From an uncultured Anaerobiospirillum sp. (lineage in GTDB: Bacteria; Pseudomonadota; Gammaproteobacteria; Enterobacterales; Succinivibrionaceae), in NCBI GenBank assembly GCA_944393075.1, contig CALXYZ010000001.1:6610-70609 (forward strand): DNA of 64,000 nt. The letters run 5' to 3'. Numbering within the stretch: position 1 is the stretch's first letter; every line of letters starts with the position of its first letter. Shown here one piece after another: positions 20,890 through 30,800 of the stretch. Under the pieces are notes generated by a model that was given only the letters and a program-made list of their open reading frames with translations, did not search any database and had not been told where the DNA came from. The position numbers were made by a program, and so were the translations under genes.

Positions 20890-21531
20890 TTAGGCTCCAT
20901 ACTTCTCGCGATAGGCCAGCATGTCATCTAAGTGAGCACTTAAAGCTGCATCATCTTTGATGTAAGTGACCAAATCATCGAACGACACAATAGACACAAT
21001 GTCGATGCCCAAGGTACGCTTTGCTTCATCAATAGCGCTCTCGTTACCCTGACCTTTCTCTTTGCGATTTAAAGCGATCAGAGCTGCCTTAAAGTTAGCA
21101 CCGTTAGCCTTGATAATGGCGTCAGACTCACGGATAGCAGTGCCAGCAGTGATTACATCATCGATTAAGAGCACATCACCCTTGAGTGGAGCGCCTACTA
21201 AGTTACCACCCTCACCATGATCCTTAGCCTCCTTGCGGTTAAAGCACCAAGGAGTGTTGATTTTGTGCTCACAACTTAAAGCCATGGCAGTAGCGCAAGC
21301 TAAAGGAATGCCCTTGTAAGCTGGGCCAAACAAGACATCAAACTTGATCTTGCTGTCCACCACAGCGTGGGCATAGCACGAACCTAAGGTAAAGAGGTCA
21401 TCACCGGTGCAGAAGCCACCAGCATTAAAGAAATAAGGGCTCTGACGACCCGACTTTAAGGTAAAGCTACCAAACTTCAGCACACCACGAGCTAAAGCCA
21501 ACTCAATAAAGCGACGCTGATACTCCTGCAT
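20890..21531 (-). CDS. pyrE: Orotate phosphoribosyltransferase
   Basis: 213 aa; [36 protein letters not shown] and the PRPP-binding [12 protein letters not shown]. Confidence 0.95.
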   Translation of the reverse strand: MQEYQRRFIELALARGVLKFGSFTLKSGRQSPYFFNAGGFCTGDDLFTLGSCYAHAVVDSKIKFDVLFGPAYKGIPLACATAMALSCEHKINTPWCFNRKEAKDHGEGGNLVGAPLKGDVLLIDDVITAGTAIRESDAIIKANGANFKAALIALNRKEKGQGNESAIDEAKRTLGIDIVSIVSFDDLVTYIKDDAALSAHLDDMLAYREKYGA

Positions 21532-21876
21532 GAGCCATCTCCCTTTGGCAGAAACACTAACAAATCTAAAAAGACAAACCTTAGCGGCAGCAGCCCCATA
21601 TATTTATGGATGCTCAGTATCACTGCTGACAGGGCAGTCTTTTTTCAAAAACACCCCATTATACGGCATCGATCAATGCCTTGAAAAACAGCATTCCTAC
21701 GGCTTTGCTCTACGCTGTCTCCCCTTAATCAGGCTTAATCAATGCACGTGCTATACTCACACCAGAAATTTGAGTTCGCAATGAGTTTTCAGGCACGCGT
21801 GGCTACCTCCTAGCTTGCTAGGTCTTGTTTTTTGCTTGCGCTACCGTTGCCTCTAAATCAATCCTAAGGTTTTATC

Positions 21877-22845
21877 ATGGCCATCATCAAAAGCATGACC
21901 GGTCATGCCCTTGTACAAGGGCAAAGTGTCGCCGGTATCATCGAGATTGCAATTAAGTCTGTAAACAGCCGCTTTGTAGAGATCATTGCGACCTTAGGTG
22001 AGGGTGTGCCGCAGCTTGAGTACGAGTGCAACCAAGTACTCAAAGAGGTACTGCACCGAGGCAAGATCGAATACTCTGTCACCCTACTCCCTGATAGCCA
22101 TAACACTAACTCACTTATGCTCAATGAGCTCTTAGTGCGCGAGCTATTACAGCACCTCAAGCACTTAGAAAGCATTGTGGACAACGAGCTTGATGCTAAT
22201 ACCAGCACCAATCTGCAAAAGCTCAACATGTTAGAGCTGTTGCAGTATCCAAACGTACTTCGTGCTGCACCGGTAGATCAAGAATGCTTCAAGAATGAGA
22301 TTGTTGAGCTCATGCGCTCTGCTGTAGCCAAGTTCGATGAACAGCGTCAGCGTGAAGGAGCACAGCTGCGCAAAGTACTTCTGGAGCGTTTAGACCAAAT
22401 CTCTGAGCAGCTAGACCTCGTACAAACCCAACTACAAAACCTCGTAAAGCAAGAACGCGAGCGCATGCAGCGACGTGTGGATTCACTGCGCGTCAATCTC
22501 GATCACGATCGTTTTGAGATGGAGGTGGCTTTGCTGGCACAAAAGGCCGATATCGCAGAAGAGTATGATCGCCTCCGCTGCCACGTGCGTACCGCCCGCT
22601 CCATCCTCAACACTGAGCCTAATAGCGATAGAAGCGCTGGCACTGGAAGTGGCACTGATGCAGCCAACGGCAATGGCAACAGCTCACAGCCGATTGGTAA
22701 GCGCTTAGACTTCCTTATGCAGGAGTTTGTGCGCGAGGCAACTACTCTCGGTAACAAGGCTAGCAACCTCAATCTGACTCATATCGCAGTTGAGCTTAAG
22801 GTGCTCATCGAGCAGATGCGTGAGCAAGTGCAGAACATCGAATAG
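21877..22845 (+). CDS. yicC: YicC-family protein
   Basis: 322 aa; N-terminal SMTGHA..., C-terminal DUF1732-like FLMQEFVREATTLGNKASN. Carries an internal low-complexity insert, NSDRSAGTGSGTDAANGNGNSSQ. Confidence 0.85.
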   Translation: MAIIKSMTGHALVQGQSVAGIIEIAIKSVNSRFVEIIATLGEGVPQLEYECNQVLKEVLHRGKIEYSVTLLPDSHNTNSLMLNELLVRELLQHLKHLESIVDNELDANTSTNLQKLNMLELLQYPNVLRAAPVDQECFKNEIVELMRSAVAKFDEQRQREGAQLRKVLLERLDQISEQLDLVQTQLQNLVKQERERMQRRVDSLRVNLDHDRFEMEVALLAQKADIAEEYDRLRCHVRTARSILNTEPNSDRSAGTGSGTDAANGNGNSSQPIGKRLDFLMQEFVREATTLGNKASNLNLTHIAVELKVLIEQMREQVQNIE

Positions 22846-22881
22846 CATGCTTGCCTGACTGCCTGCTTGCATGGCTTTCTG

Positions 22882-23400
22882 CTATTGCGGCAAAGACTTA
22901 AGGGGGAGGCGGTCTTGGAATGGGAAAGCCTCAAGCAAGCGCTCACAGTGACTACGAAAAGATGGCGGTGTGAAGAACACCGAACCATCACTATCAAGGG
23001 GCTTCACAACCTCCACTACATCGTGAAAACCTACTGGAACAGCTTGTTTTTGGCCGGTGCCCAAGAAGAAGTCGTCGAACTTAAACGTGGAGTGCTTCTG
23101 CAGTGGCTGCTCCGTGTACTGCAACATAGCCGCAGGAATGCCATAGACTTGAGCCACGATAATGCCGTGCAGTGACGTGCTGGCAATCAGATCACACGAG
23201 CAGAGCTCGTCTATGCACTTCTCTAAACTGGCTTTAGAACCGTCACGAACCATTGATATCAGCAAGATCTCATCACCATAGGCCTGATGTAGAGCCTGTT
23301 TAAACGAGCTGTGCGTACAGCAAACGGGTTTGACAAGTTCAAACGCATCTAAAAGAGGCTGCTTAAGTATAAACCTACAGGTGTTAATGCCTTATGGTAC
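22882..23400 (-). pseudogene. Polysaccharide pyruvyl-transferase-like remnant (C-terminal portion only)
   Basis: The 127-aa ORF contains CDLIASTSLHGIIVAQVYGIPAAML...FKFDDFFLGTG, which resembles the C-terminal half of EpsO/WcaK-type pyruvyl transferases. The frame stays open upstream of its TTG to about 23400, then hits TAA. No intact N-terminal half was found. Confidence 0.35.
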
Positions 23401-23439
23401 AAGGGCTAGAGGCTGATTTATGCTGTACGCACAGCTCGT
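23304..23439. repeat. 19-bp perfect inverted repeat pair enclosing a 98-bp spacer
   Basis: ACGAGCTGTGCGTACAGCA at 23304-23322 is the exact reverse complement of TGCTGTACGCACAGCTCGT at 23421-23439. Confidence 0.9.
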
Positions 23440-23642
23440 CCAATCTTAGTGGTGATGATAGCGATAATAGAAATCGTTCTAAAACAATTGTCGCACAAAA
23501 CACAAAAGCAATGGGCTACAATTGATAATGGAGCAAAAGAAACCAAGTTTTGCGCCAAAGCATTTGCGCAAAGCCATCATAAAAATTAAAAACACCATAC
23601 GAGCGTAGATAGTAAACTGTCACTATCCGCGCCAAAAACACC

Positions 23643-24776
23643 ATGTCTATAAAAACACCGTCAAAGATAGTCTTTGAGGCTGAAAGCGGCCTTGGAGACT
23701 CTATTGAGTACATCCCTGCTCTATACATGCTGCGGCAAATGTACCCTCAATCCGAAATTGTAGTAGCCACATGTGGTTCTGGCCTCGATCTTTTCGCACA
23801 GCTGCCTTACGTTGATCGTGTATTCGCCACTAGCCACACCCCTGAAGGTCTACAAGAGGCAATCAACTCATTTGCTGGCGCAGAACCAGCTGACCTCGTA
23901 ATCGCAGTTGAGCGCAACAGGAGAGTGATCAATGCGGCCTTAGAAACCAAAGCTCAAAAGGTGGTGACTTTCTCCTACCTTAAGGCACTATTCACTCCAA
24001 GATTGCACTTTACGTCCTACATCAAACGCAATGCCCTACATGAGATCTGGCACTATCAGCATCTCGTGCGAGCCTGTGCCCCTAGGATCTACGACCAAGC
24101 CTTTGTGCAAGCTGATTTATCTCAAGCACGTGCTCGCTATGACCAAGAAGCAGCTAAACATATACAGGACTTTTTGCGGCAGGCATATGCAGCTAGCTTT
24201 CAGCACTTAATTGTGCTCAATCCAGCATGTCGAACTGCCGAGAAAAAAGGCTTCAACCTCAAGCACGAGAGCTACTTTACTTTAGCTGATCACTTAGCAT
24301 CTCGTTTTCCTCAATGCCTTTTCGTGCTCTCCAGCCATAAGAAAGAGCCTTATGCGGAGTTGGCTGGTGCTAGCACGCACCATAACCTTAAGACCTTCAC
24401 TAACACTGGATCCATATTGAGGCTGATTGCCCTAGTAGACAATGCTAGCCTTGTTATTGCGCCAAGTACTGGTACTGTGCATATAGCTGACAATTTAGGA
24501 GTTGATGTGTGTGCCATCTACCCACACTATGACGACAAGCGCTGGTCAGCTGATGGCTTTAATCAGCTCCTGAGCAAACAAGCTCAAAAGCGAGGCCTTT
24601 CTTCATCTCAAACGACACCCCACAACCATTTTGCTTGTCTCTACTTACCCGATGCGTGGCAGAGCCACTACGAGCAGTACCTAAGTAGCTTTGAGCAGCA
24701 ATGCGTGAAAGTAATTACAGAGCAAACTCTAAGGATGCCTCGCAAAATGATGTCTCGCACCCAAGAGCAAATGTAG
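23643..24776 (+). CDS. Glycosyltransferase family 9-like (heptosyltransferase superfamily), paralogue 1
   Basis: 377 aa; N-terminal GLGDSIEYIPALYMLRQMYPQSEIVV and C-terminal PSTGTVHIADNLGVDVCAIY mirror the GT9 GD...P...L and DSGP.H.A.A.G.P motifs. Close paralogue of 25686-26885. Confidence 0.7.
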   Translation: MSIKTPSKIVFEAESGLGDSIEYIPALYMLRQMYPQSEIVVATCGSGLDLFAQLPYVDRVFATSHTPEGLQEAINSFAGAEPADLVIAVERNRRVINAALETKAQKVVTFSYLKALFTPRLHFTSYIKRNALHEIWHYQHLVRACAPRIYDQAFVQADLSQARARYDQEAAKHIQDFLRQAYAASFQHLIVLNPACRTAEKKGFNLKHESYFTLADHLASRFPQCLFVLSSHKKEPYAELAGASTHHNLKTFTNTGSILRLIALVDNASLVIAPSTGTVHIADNLGVDVCAIYPHYDDKRWSADGFNQLLSKQAQKRGLSSSQTTPHNHFACLYLPDAWQSHYEQYLSSFEQQCVKVITEQTLRMPRKMMSRTQEQM

Positions 24777-25007
24777 ACCATCGAAGCCACATCTCAAGCA
24801 AAGCCTACCATAGGCGCTTCGGCAGAAAAGTCATTACAGCAGGGCAAAACCTAAGTAACGCCTTGCTGTCGTTTGCTCAATTGGTCAATTAGCAGCGTCA
24901 ATCTCTCCCTAAGCCCCTATCACGCTGTATCTTAGACTTGCTTTGCTGCGCTGCTACCCCCTCTATTCCTAAAGCAATTACGACATCACACCACATACCC
25001 AAATGTC

Positions 25008-25037
25008 TTGACAGACACAGCTTTTTTGGCCTAAAAT
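25008..25037 (+). promoter_or_regulatory. Near-consensus sigma70 promoter in the gap between the GT9 paralogues
   Basis: TTGACA (25008-25013), 18-nt spacer, TAAAAT (25032-25037). A G9 tract lies 25 nt downstream. Confidence 0.45.
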
Positions 25038-25061
25038 GCTATGCATAATTTTTATGGTAAC

Positions 25062-25070
25062 GGGGGGGGG
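25062..25070. repeat. Homopolymeric G9 tract
   Basis: Read directly: ggtaacGGGGGGGGGtactac. Intergenic, downstream of the candidate promoter and 615 nt upstream of the second GT9 gene. Confidence 0.95.
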
Positions 25071-25340
25071 TACTACTATTTTTTGATCGTTGAACTTCTT
25101 TTCTGAAGTACCGTAACGATTCTAACAAAGTCTGGAGACTGGCTAACAGCCTGTTTTAATGGTGTTTTGGCTTCTTAGCCTTCTCCTTGCTCCATTTTGC
25201 AAGCTTTGCAGCATCAGCCTCAAAAAGGAAGGGACCTTAACGATCAATCAATCTAGTGCAACCTCTGTTTTCTCTGTGCTCTTCAACGTAGCGGGATTTC
25301 AGCTCTATAGCTGAGATTTCTACGAGGAGACCACTTGATA

Positions 25341-25440
25341 GCTTTGCGCCATGTAAGGCCTAAGTCCGTTGCTATAAGGAATATGTTCCAGCCTGCTACT
25401 CGGTTCTTAGGCATCAACCACGCAAAGCCAACAGAGAGTT
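25341..25440 (+). repeat. About 100-bp intergenic module, copy 1 (core 20-mer CTAAGTCCGTTGCTATAAGG at 25360-25379)
   Basis: Shares GCTTTGCG...ATGT...CTAAGTCCGTTGCTATAAGG...CGCAAAGCC with 26931-27030. Confidence 0.8.
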
Positions 25441-25685
25441 TTGCAAAGATGCCTGCTTCCGCTATCCCTCATACTAACCTCACCACGCATCACCAAATAT
25501 GGGGTCGACACAGCGTGGTTATCTGCGCATCGCTTTTTGTACCTTTGTCTTACTCCCTCTCATCTGAAAAGCCTCCTGCACTAGCAGCAATTTCCTGTCG
25601 CACAGCTCGCAACAAGAGCCATAACATTCAGACAGAGTTCCCAATCGAGCAGATCACTGATCGTGTGTCTTAGTCGACAAAGGCA

Positions 25686-26885
25686 ATGCAAATGAGGTTG
25701 ACCATGAACACTAATCACCCACAAGACAAGAGCGAGTTCCGCAGAATTATCTTTGAGGCCCAAAGTGCAGTAGGAGACTCCATTGAGTACATACCTGCGC
25801 TATATGTGTTGCGCCAGATGTACCCACAAGCAGAGATCTTGGTTTCTACTTATGGCTTTGGCACCAGTCTCTTTGCACAACTGCCTTTTATTGATCGTGT
25901 CTACGACACCGAGCATACCCAAGAAGGCTTTTGGAATGCTGCTTACTCCTTCCATGATGAGCAGGGCAATACGGCCTGTGCCGACCTCATTATCATTCCA
26001 GATCGTCGTGGTGATACGATTAGAACAGCATTAAGCACTGATGCCAGAAAGATTGTGACGTTCTCACACCTTAAGGCTCTTTTTATCCCACGGTTACATT
26101 TCACGTCCTACATCTCGCGCTGGAAGTGTCATGAGATTCTCCACTATCAACACTTGATGCACGCTTGCGACCATAAACGCTACAACAAGGTCTTTGCCCA
26201 AGCAGACTTCAGTCAGGCAAAAGTGCGCTATGAAGACCAAGACAAGCGACAGGTGCAGGACTTTTTGCGTGATGCTAACGCTGACTCATATCAACACCTT
26301 GTTGTGGTCAACCCTCATAGTCACACAGCCGAGCGCTGCGGTTTTAATCTGAAAGTAGATGATTACTTAAATCTTACTGAGCGCTTAGCACTCTCTTTCC
26401 CTCAATGCCTGTTCGTCGTTTCAAGCTTCGGAACTCACACCTATCAAGAGCACAGCTATCAGGCACTTAATCTCAAGATCTTCATTAACCAACGAGGCAT
26501 CTTGTCTTTAGTGGCTCTTATCGACCATGCCAGTCTAGTTATATCGCCAAGTACGGCCGCAGTACACATTGCCGACAACCTCGGTGTTGATGTGTGCGCC
26601 ATCTACCCACACTACGATCAGTACCGATGGTCAGGTGACGGCATGAATCAACTCTTAGCCAAGCAGGCTAGAAAACTTGGCAGAGCTTCTTCTCATGCTA
26701 AGAACATCAACCGCTTTTCCTGCATCTATTTGCCTCAAAACTGGCAAAAGAACTACGAACAGTACCTGATCGACTTTGAGCAACTTTGCTCTCAGTTCAT
26801 TCAAACACACACCTTAAAGCAACCGCGCAAGCTGTTTCTGTCAGATCCACAAGAACAAGCATTAGAGGCCACTAATTCTAAGTAG
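25686..26885 (+). CDS. Glycosyltransferase family 9-like, paralogue 2
   Basis: 399 aa; collinear with 23643-24776 over nearly the full length (AVGDSIEYIPALYVLRQMYPQAEILV ... PSTAAVHIADNLGVDVCAIYPHYD). Confidence 0.7.
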   Translation: MQMRLTMNTNHPQDKSEFRRIIFEAQSAVGDSIEYIPALYVLRQMYPQAEILVSTYGFGTSLFAQLPFIDRVYDTEHTQEGFWNAAYSFHDEQGNTACADLIIIPDRRGDTIRTALSTDARKIVTFSHLKALFIPRLHFTSYISRWKCHEILHYQHLMHACDHKRYNKVFAQADFSQAKVRYEDQDKRQVQDFLRDANADSYQHLVVVNPHSHTAERCGFNLKVDDYLNLTERLALSFPQCLFVVSSFGTHTYQEHSYQALNLKIFINQRGILSLVALIDHASLVISPSTAAVHIADNLGVDVCAIYPHYDQYRWSGDGMNQLLAKQARKLGRASSHAKNINRFSCIYLPQNWQKNYEQYLIDFEQLCSQFIQTHTLKQPRKLFLSDPQEQALEATNSK

Positions 26886-26930
26886 TGCGCAACCCATGTT
26901 TTGTTAATGATCGCCAAAGATCACCTAATG

Positions 26931-27030
26931 CTTTGCGTTTTGCTATGTCTAAGTCCGTTGCTATAAGGTTATTGGCCGCAAATACTCTACACGGTCAATC
27001 AAGCAGCAACTCCGCAAAGCCGTACGGAGT
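26931..27030 (+). repeat. About 100-bp intergenic module, copy 2 (core 20-mer at 26949-26968)
   Basis: Exact 20-mer CTAAGTCCGTTGCTATAAGG plus flanking similarity to 25341-25440; ends just before the GT25 start codon. Confidence 0.8.
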
Positions 27031-27038
27031 GATGTGCC

Positions 27039-27800
27039 ATGCTACCCGTTTTCATCATTAACTTGCCTCAAAGCACCGACCGTCTTGAATCGTGCCGTGA
27101 AAGCTGCCAGAAGTTAGGAATTAATCCAGAGATATTTGTCGCGACCAATGGCCGTGAGCTCTTAGCCCATCCAGAGAGCAATCCCGAGCTGTTCTCTAAA
27201 GTTGTACTTCAAGATCAAACTCATATTGATCTGCCACTTGGTCGTCATGTCATCATGGATGACCCACTCACACCAGGTGAAGTTGGCTGCTCTTTATCCC
27301 ACTTACGTCTCTACCAAGAAATTCTAGACCGTAAGCTAGACTACGCCTTGATTCTTGAAGATGACACTCTTCTCAAGGAGTCTTGCACTGAAGTCTTAAA
27401 GGCTATCGTAGAGCGCAAGGATCAGTGGGACATAGTGCAACTATCGCATGATAGCGGCCTAAGGCAGCTCATCAAGGCTTGTGATATCAAGCTTACAAGA
27501 GACATCAGCATGCACAGAGAAGGCATGGGATTCCTTGACCCTATATTTAATCGTCGTCGTTGCTCTTATCTCACATCATGCTATCTCATTAATGCCGAAG
27601 CATGTAAGCGTCTTATTGAAATAGGTTACCCTGTGCGTTTACCAGCGGACTTCCTATTAGGCTTTACCGCTTACCATGGACTGCGCTTATACACTTGTCA
27701 CCCACAGCACTTATTGCTTGATTGCCACAGCTTCGCTTCTACCATCAGCGCACAACCAGTCACTACACAAGCAGACACAACATTCCATAAGAAGCACTAG
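27039..27800 (+). CDS. Glycosyltransferase family 25, paralogue 2
   Basis: 253 aa; MLPVFIINLPQSTDRLESCRESCQKLG..., LEDDTLL. Collinear with 5310-6059 along the whole length (VGC..SHLRLYQEILDR.LDYAL.LEDD, IFNRRR, GYPVR.PAD, GLRLYTCHPQ). Confidence 0.85.
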   Translation: MLPVFIINLPQSTDRLESCRESCQKLGINPEIFVATNGRELLAHPESNPELFSKVVLQDQTHIDLPLGRHVIMDDPLTPGEVGCSLSHLRLYQEILDRKLDYALILEDDTLLKESCTEVLKAIVERKDQWDIVQLSHDSGLRQLIKACDIKLTRDISMHREGMGFLDPIFNRRRCSYLTSCYLINAEACKRLIEIGYPVRLPADFLLGFTAYHGLRLYTCHPQHLLLDCHSFASTISAQPVTTQADTTFHKKH

Positions 27801-27823
27801 CGTGCAACACCACATGACTACGG

Positions 27824-30800
27824 TTATGTACGACTTAAGCGCACTTCGTTCTCATTGTTGTTGTCGCTAAATGGCTCGTAGTTTGGCAGCGGGATATTGA
27901 GGTACTCCAAGAGTGAGCGCAGCTCCATATCGATCTCATGGTAGACGTAACCGTTTTCCTGTCGCTCACTTATCACCTGTTGCAGCATCTCAAGGAACTG
28001 CGGCACACTCTTGATGTGGAGACGCTCGCGCAATGTAATGCCTCCATACTGCTGATCTCGGAAGTTAAAAGCAGCTTGTAACATTAACTTGAGGCCGAGC
28101 GTCAGGTAGAGCACAAAGTTCTTGCCGCGCATAAGCTGCTTGAGTGTTGGGTGCATGCGCAGAGCAAAAGCATTGATCTGGGCTTGCTCCACTTTGAAGA
28201 CATCAAGGCTCATGAGGTCAAAGGTGCTTTCACTGGCACGCAGGAACTCATGTGCTTTTAGGACTTCATCCACTTCTCCTAGGCGGTTACTGATAAAGAC
28301 CTTAAATGCGCCACTAGAGCTAGCTAAATCACTAGCAAAAATCTGCTGTAAGTGACGATCTAAACGAGCAAGCTCTCGTGTAGTGAGCGCCTCCGAGCCA
28401 AAATCAAAAGCGCTATCAGCAGCCTCGTCTTCATTGTCGAAGCTCACTAAAGACTTATCGTAATGACCACCAATTGGCGCGAAGTCATCCTCATAGCTAG
28501 CAATGCCACCGCTACCAACACCATCACCTAGCTGATGAGATGCCTCATCGCTATCAACAGCGCCCGCCCCAAAAACATCGTCATCAAAGTCATCGTCAGG
28601 CACATCAAAGAAGTCGCCGGCGTCATCCTCTTCCTCTGATAACAAATCACCAGTAGAGCCTAAAGCTTCTTTGTCATTGCTACTGTTGTGGCTAGAATCG
28701 ACAGCAATATCGTTGTCCTGCTGATCACTTTTACGAAGGAAAGAGAACACATCCTCAACTTCCTCATAGTCGTCATAGTCATCATCGTCATTGCCGACAT
28801 CGAGAAACGAGTCGTCTATGTCTTCATCACTAGCTGAGCTATAAGACATCCAGCTCTTAGTACCTGTACCACTACTAGGAACAGCGCCCGCCCCTGATAC
28901 AGGCTTAAACTCAGGCTCTGAGATAGATGGCCGCTTGAGCTTCTCATCAGAGATCACATCAGCAAAGGCAGAGGCACTGTGTGGGGTGGTATAAGCGGCT
29001 GCAGCCCGTGCCGTGCTCCTAAAAGAACGCTGTTGCTGCTGCTTGAGATGCTCTAAGCGCTGATTCTTACTAGTGCTTACATACTCTTCCAGTAACACAT
29101 CGATAGCATCGATGGCATCGAAATCAGATGCAGACAGAATCTTCTCAGGATCCTGTTGAGCCTTGGCCTCCATTAGAGTCTGCATAGCCTCATTGGTACA
29201 AGGTCTAACTACAGAATCACTCTGCCAAAACTGCTGATCTTGCGGCATGTTCAGTCTGTTAGCACGCGCAAAGCCTAAGAACTCATCGTCATCTTCAAAC
29301 GCATCACGCTCGTTCTCTTGAGCTAATAGTTCCTTGCGCTCTAAAGCCTCATCACGCAAAGCCAATAGAGGCTTTAAGTCGAACACGACATGGACAAAGA
29401 GATCAGCAGCCAGCTTTCGCGGCAATGCCGTTTGCGTACTACCAGTAAAGAGCTCACCTCTGCGGCTGCTACTGTTGCTACTACTGCCAATACCTTGTCC
29501 CCAAGCACTATCAGCGGCACTACTTACGTCATACTCAGGGTAGTGCTGTATCAGCTTAAAGGAGCAAACGAAGACATGGTGATCAGCGTTATAGTTTTTG
29601 AGCTGTGTAAGCTCAATTTCACAACGTCGCAGTAAGTACTGACTCACCAAGTGCTCTAAAGGCAGCGACAACATAAACTTGTCCCCTGCCTGATAGAGAT
29701 GGCGTAAGCTTGCAAAGAGACGATCAGTTCGGCTTGAGAGTAATACCACCTCACTTTCTTTTATTGGGTCGCTCTTTGACGCCTTAATCCCCTTCAGTAA
29801 ATCACTAGAACGAATGGTCTTAAGCGCAGGAGCTTTCTGCCCATTATTGTTAGCCCCACCACTCCATGAGCGCATATCGGTATTGATATCTTCAGCATCA
29901 ACACTTGCGCTGACGCTGGCACTTGCACTAACTCCAGCACTAGGCTCAGTACTAATTCGACGCGAAGAGACACGACTTTCCTCTTCACCTCCCATGGAAT
30001 CATTACCGCTCTTACTAGAGTCTTGGGAGCTGATCATGGCCGAGCTAATAGAACCTAAGCCACTAATACTGCCTAGGCTCTGTAAGGCTATTTGAGCTTG
30101 GCGCTGCAGTTCCTGTGGATCAGGAGATAGATGATGAAATTGTTGTTGGAAATCTTCTTCGCTCTTAGCAAAGTATGGAGACACGCTCGCCATAGTACTG
30201 GTGCGGGCGCTGTCATTTGTGAACGCAGCAACGTCACTTAAGGTAGTGCCATCACTGCCCGTGATCATGCCAAAGACACCGATCTCATTAGCCTTAGCAT
30301 TAGGGTCTTGCGGCAGTTGTGGCAAACCATGGTTCTTCACGTAACCACAGAGATCTTCAAGACTGGTATAGCTGCTGTTATACGTACTAAAGGCATGTGG
30401 GATACCACTTTTCGCACTCATTATGAGTAAAGTGCGGTCATCCTGCGACTGAGCAAACTGCTTAAGCTGCAAAGCAAGAGCTGTTCTACTAAGACGCGAG
30501 AGACTAAATCCCTGTGAGCCTACACTTGCTTTGGCATGAGAGGTCATGCCAGCGCCCGCACCACGAGTACCACTAATAGCACTCTGCTCTAACAGCGCTA
30601 GTTGCTTTTTAATGGCCTCATCTAGGTAGCTGTTGTTGGTGCTAAGCGAACACTCTTTGCTCAAGAGACGCATGGAGATGTTGCTTGGATATGCTCCATC
30701 AATGGCATAAAACACCTCGCCTTTGCTTTGACGACGTGCACACAGTCCCTGCAAAGTATCAAAGTAACGGGTGATATCAACATCACTGATGTCTTGCAGC

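Noticed and set aside
25335-25673. 112-aa ORF (TTG start after an AGGAGA-like sequence) in the gap between the GT9 paralogues.
   Set aside because: The amino-acid composition looks non-protein-like and I recognise no motif. It contains the repeated 20-mer module and is more likely leader sequence or a gene remnant.
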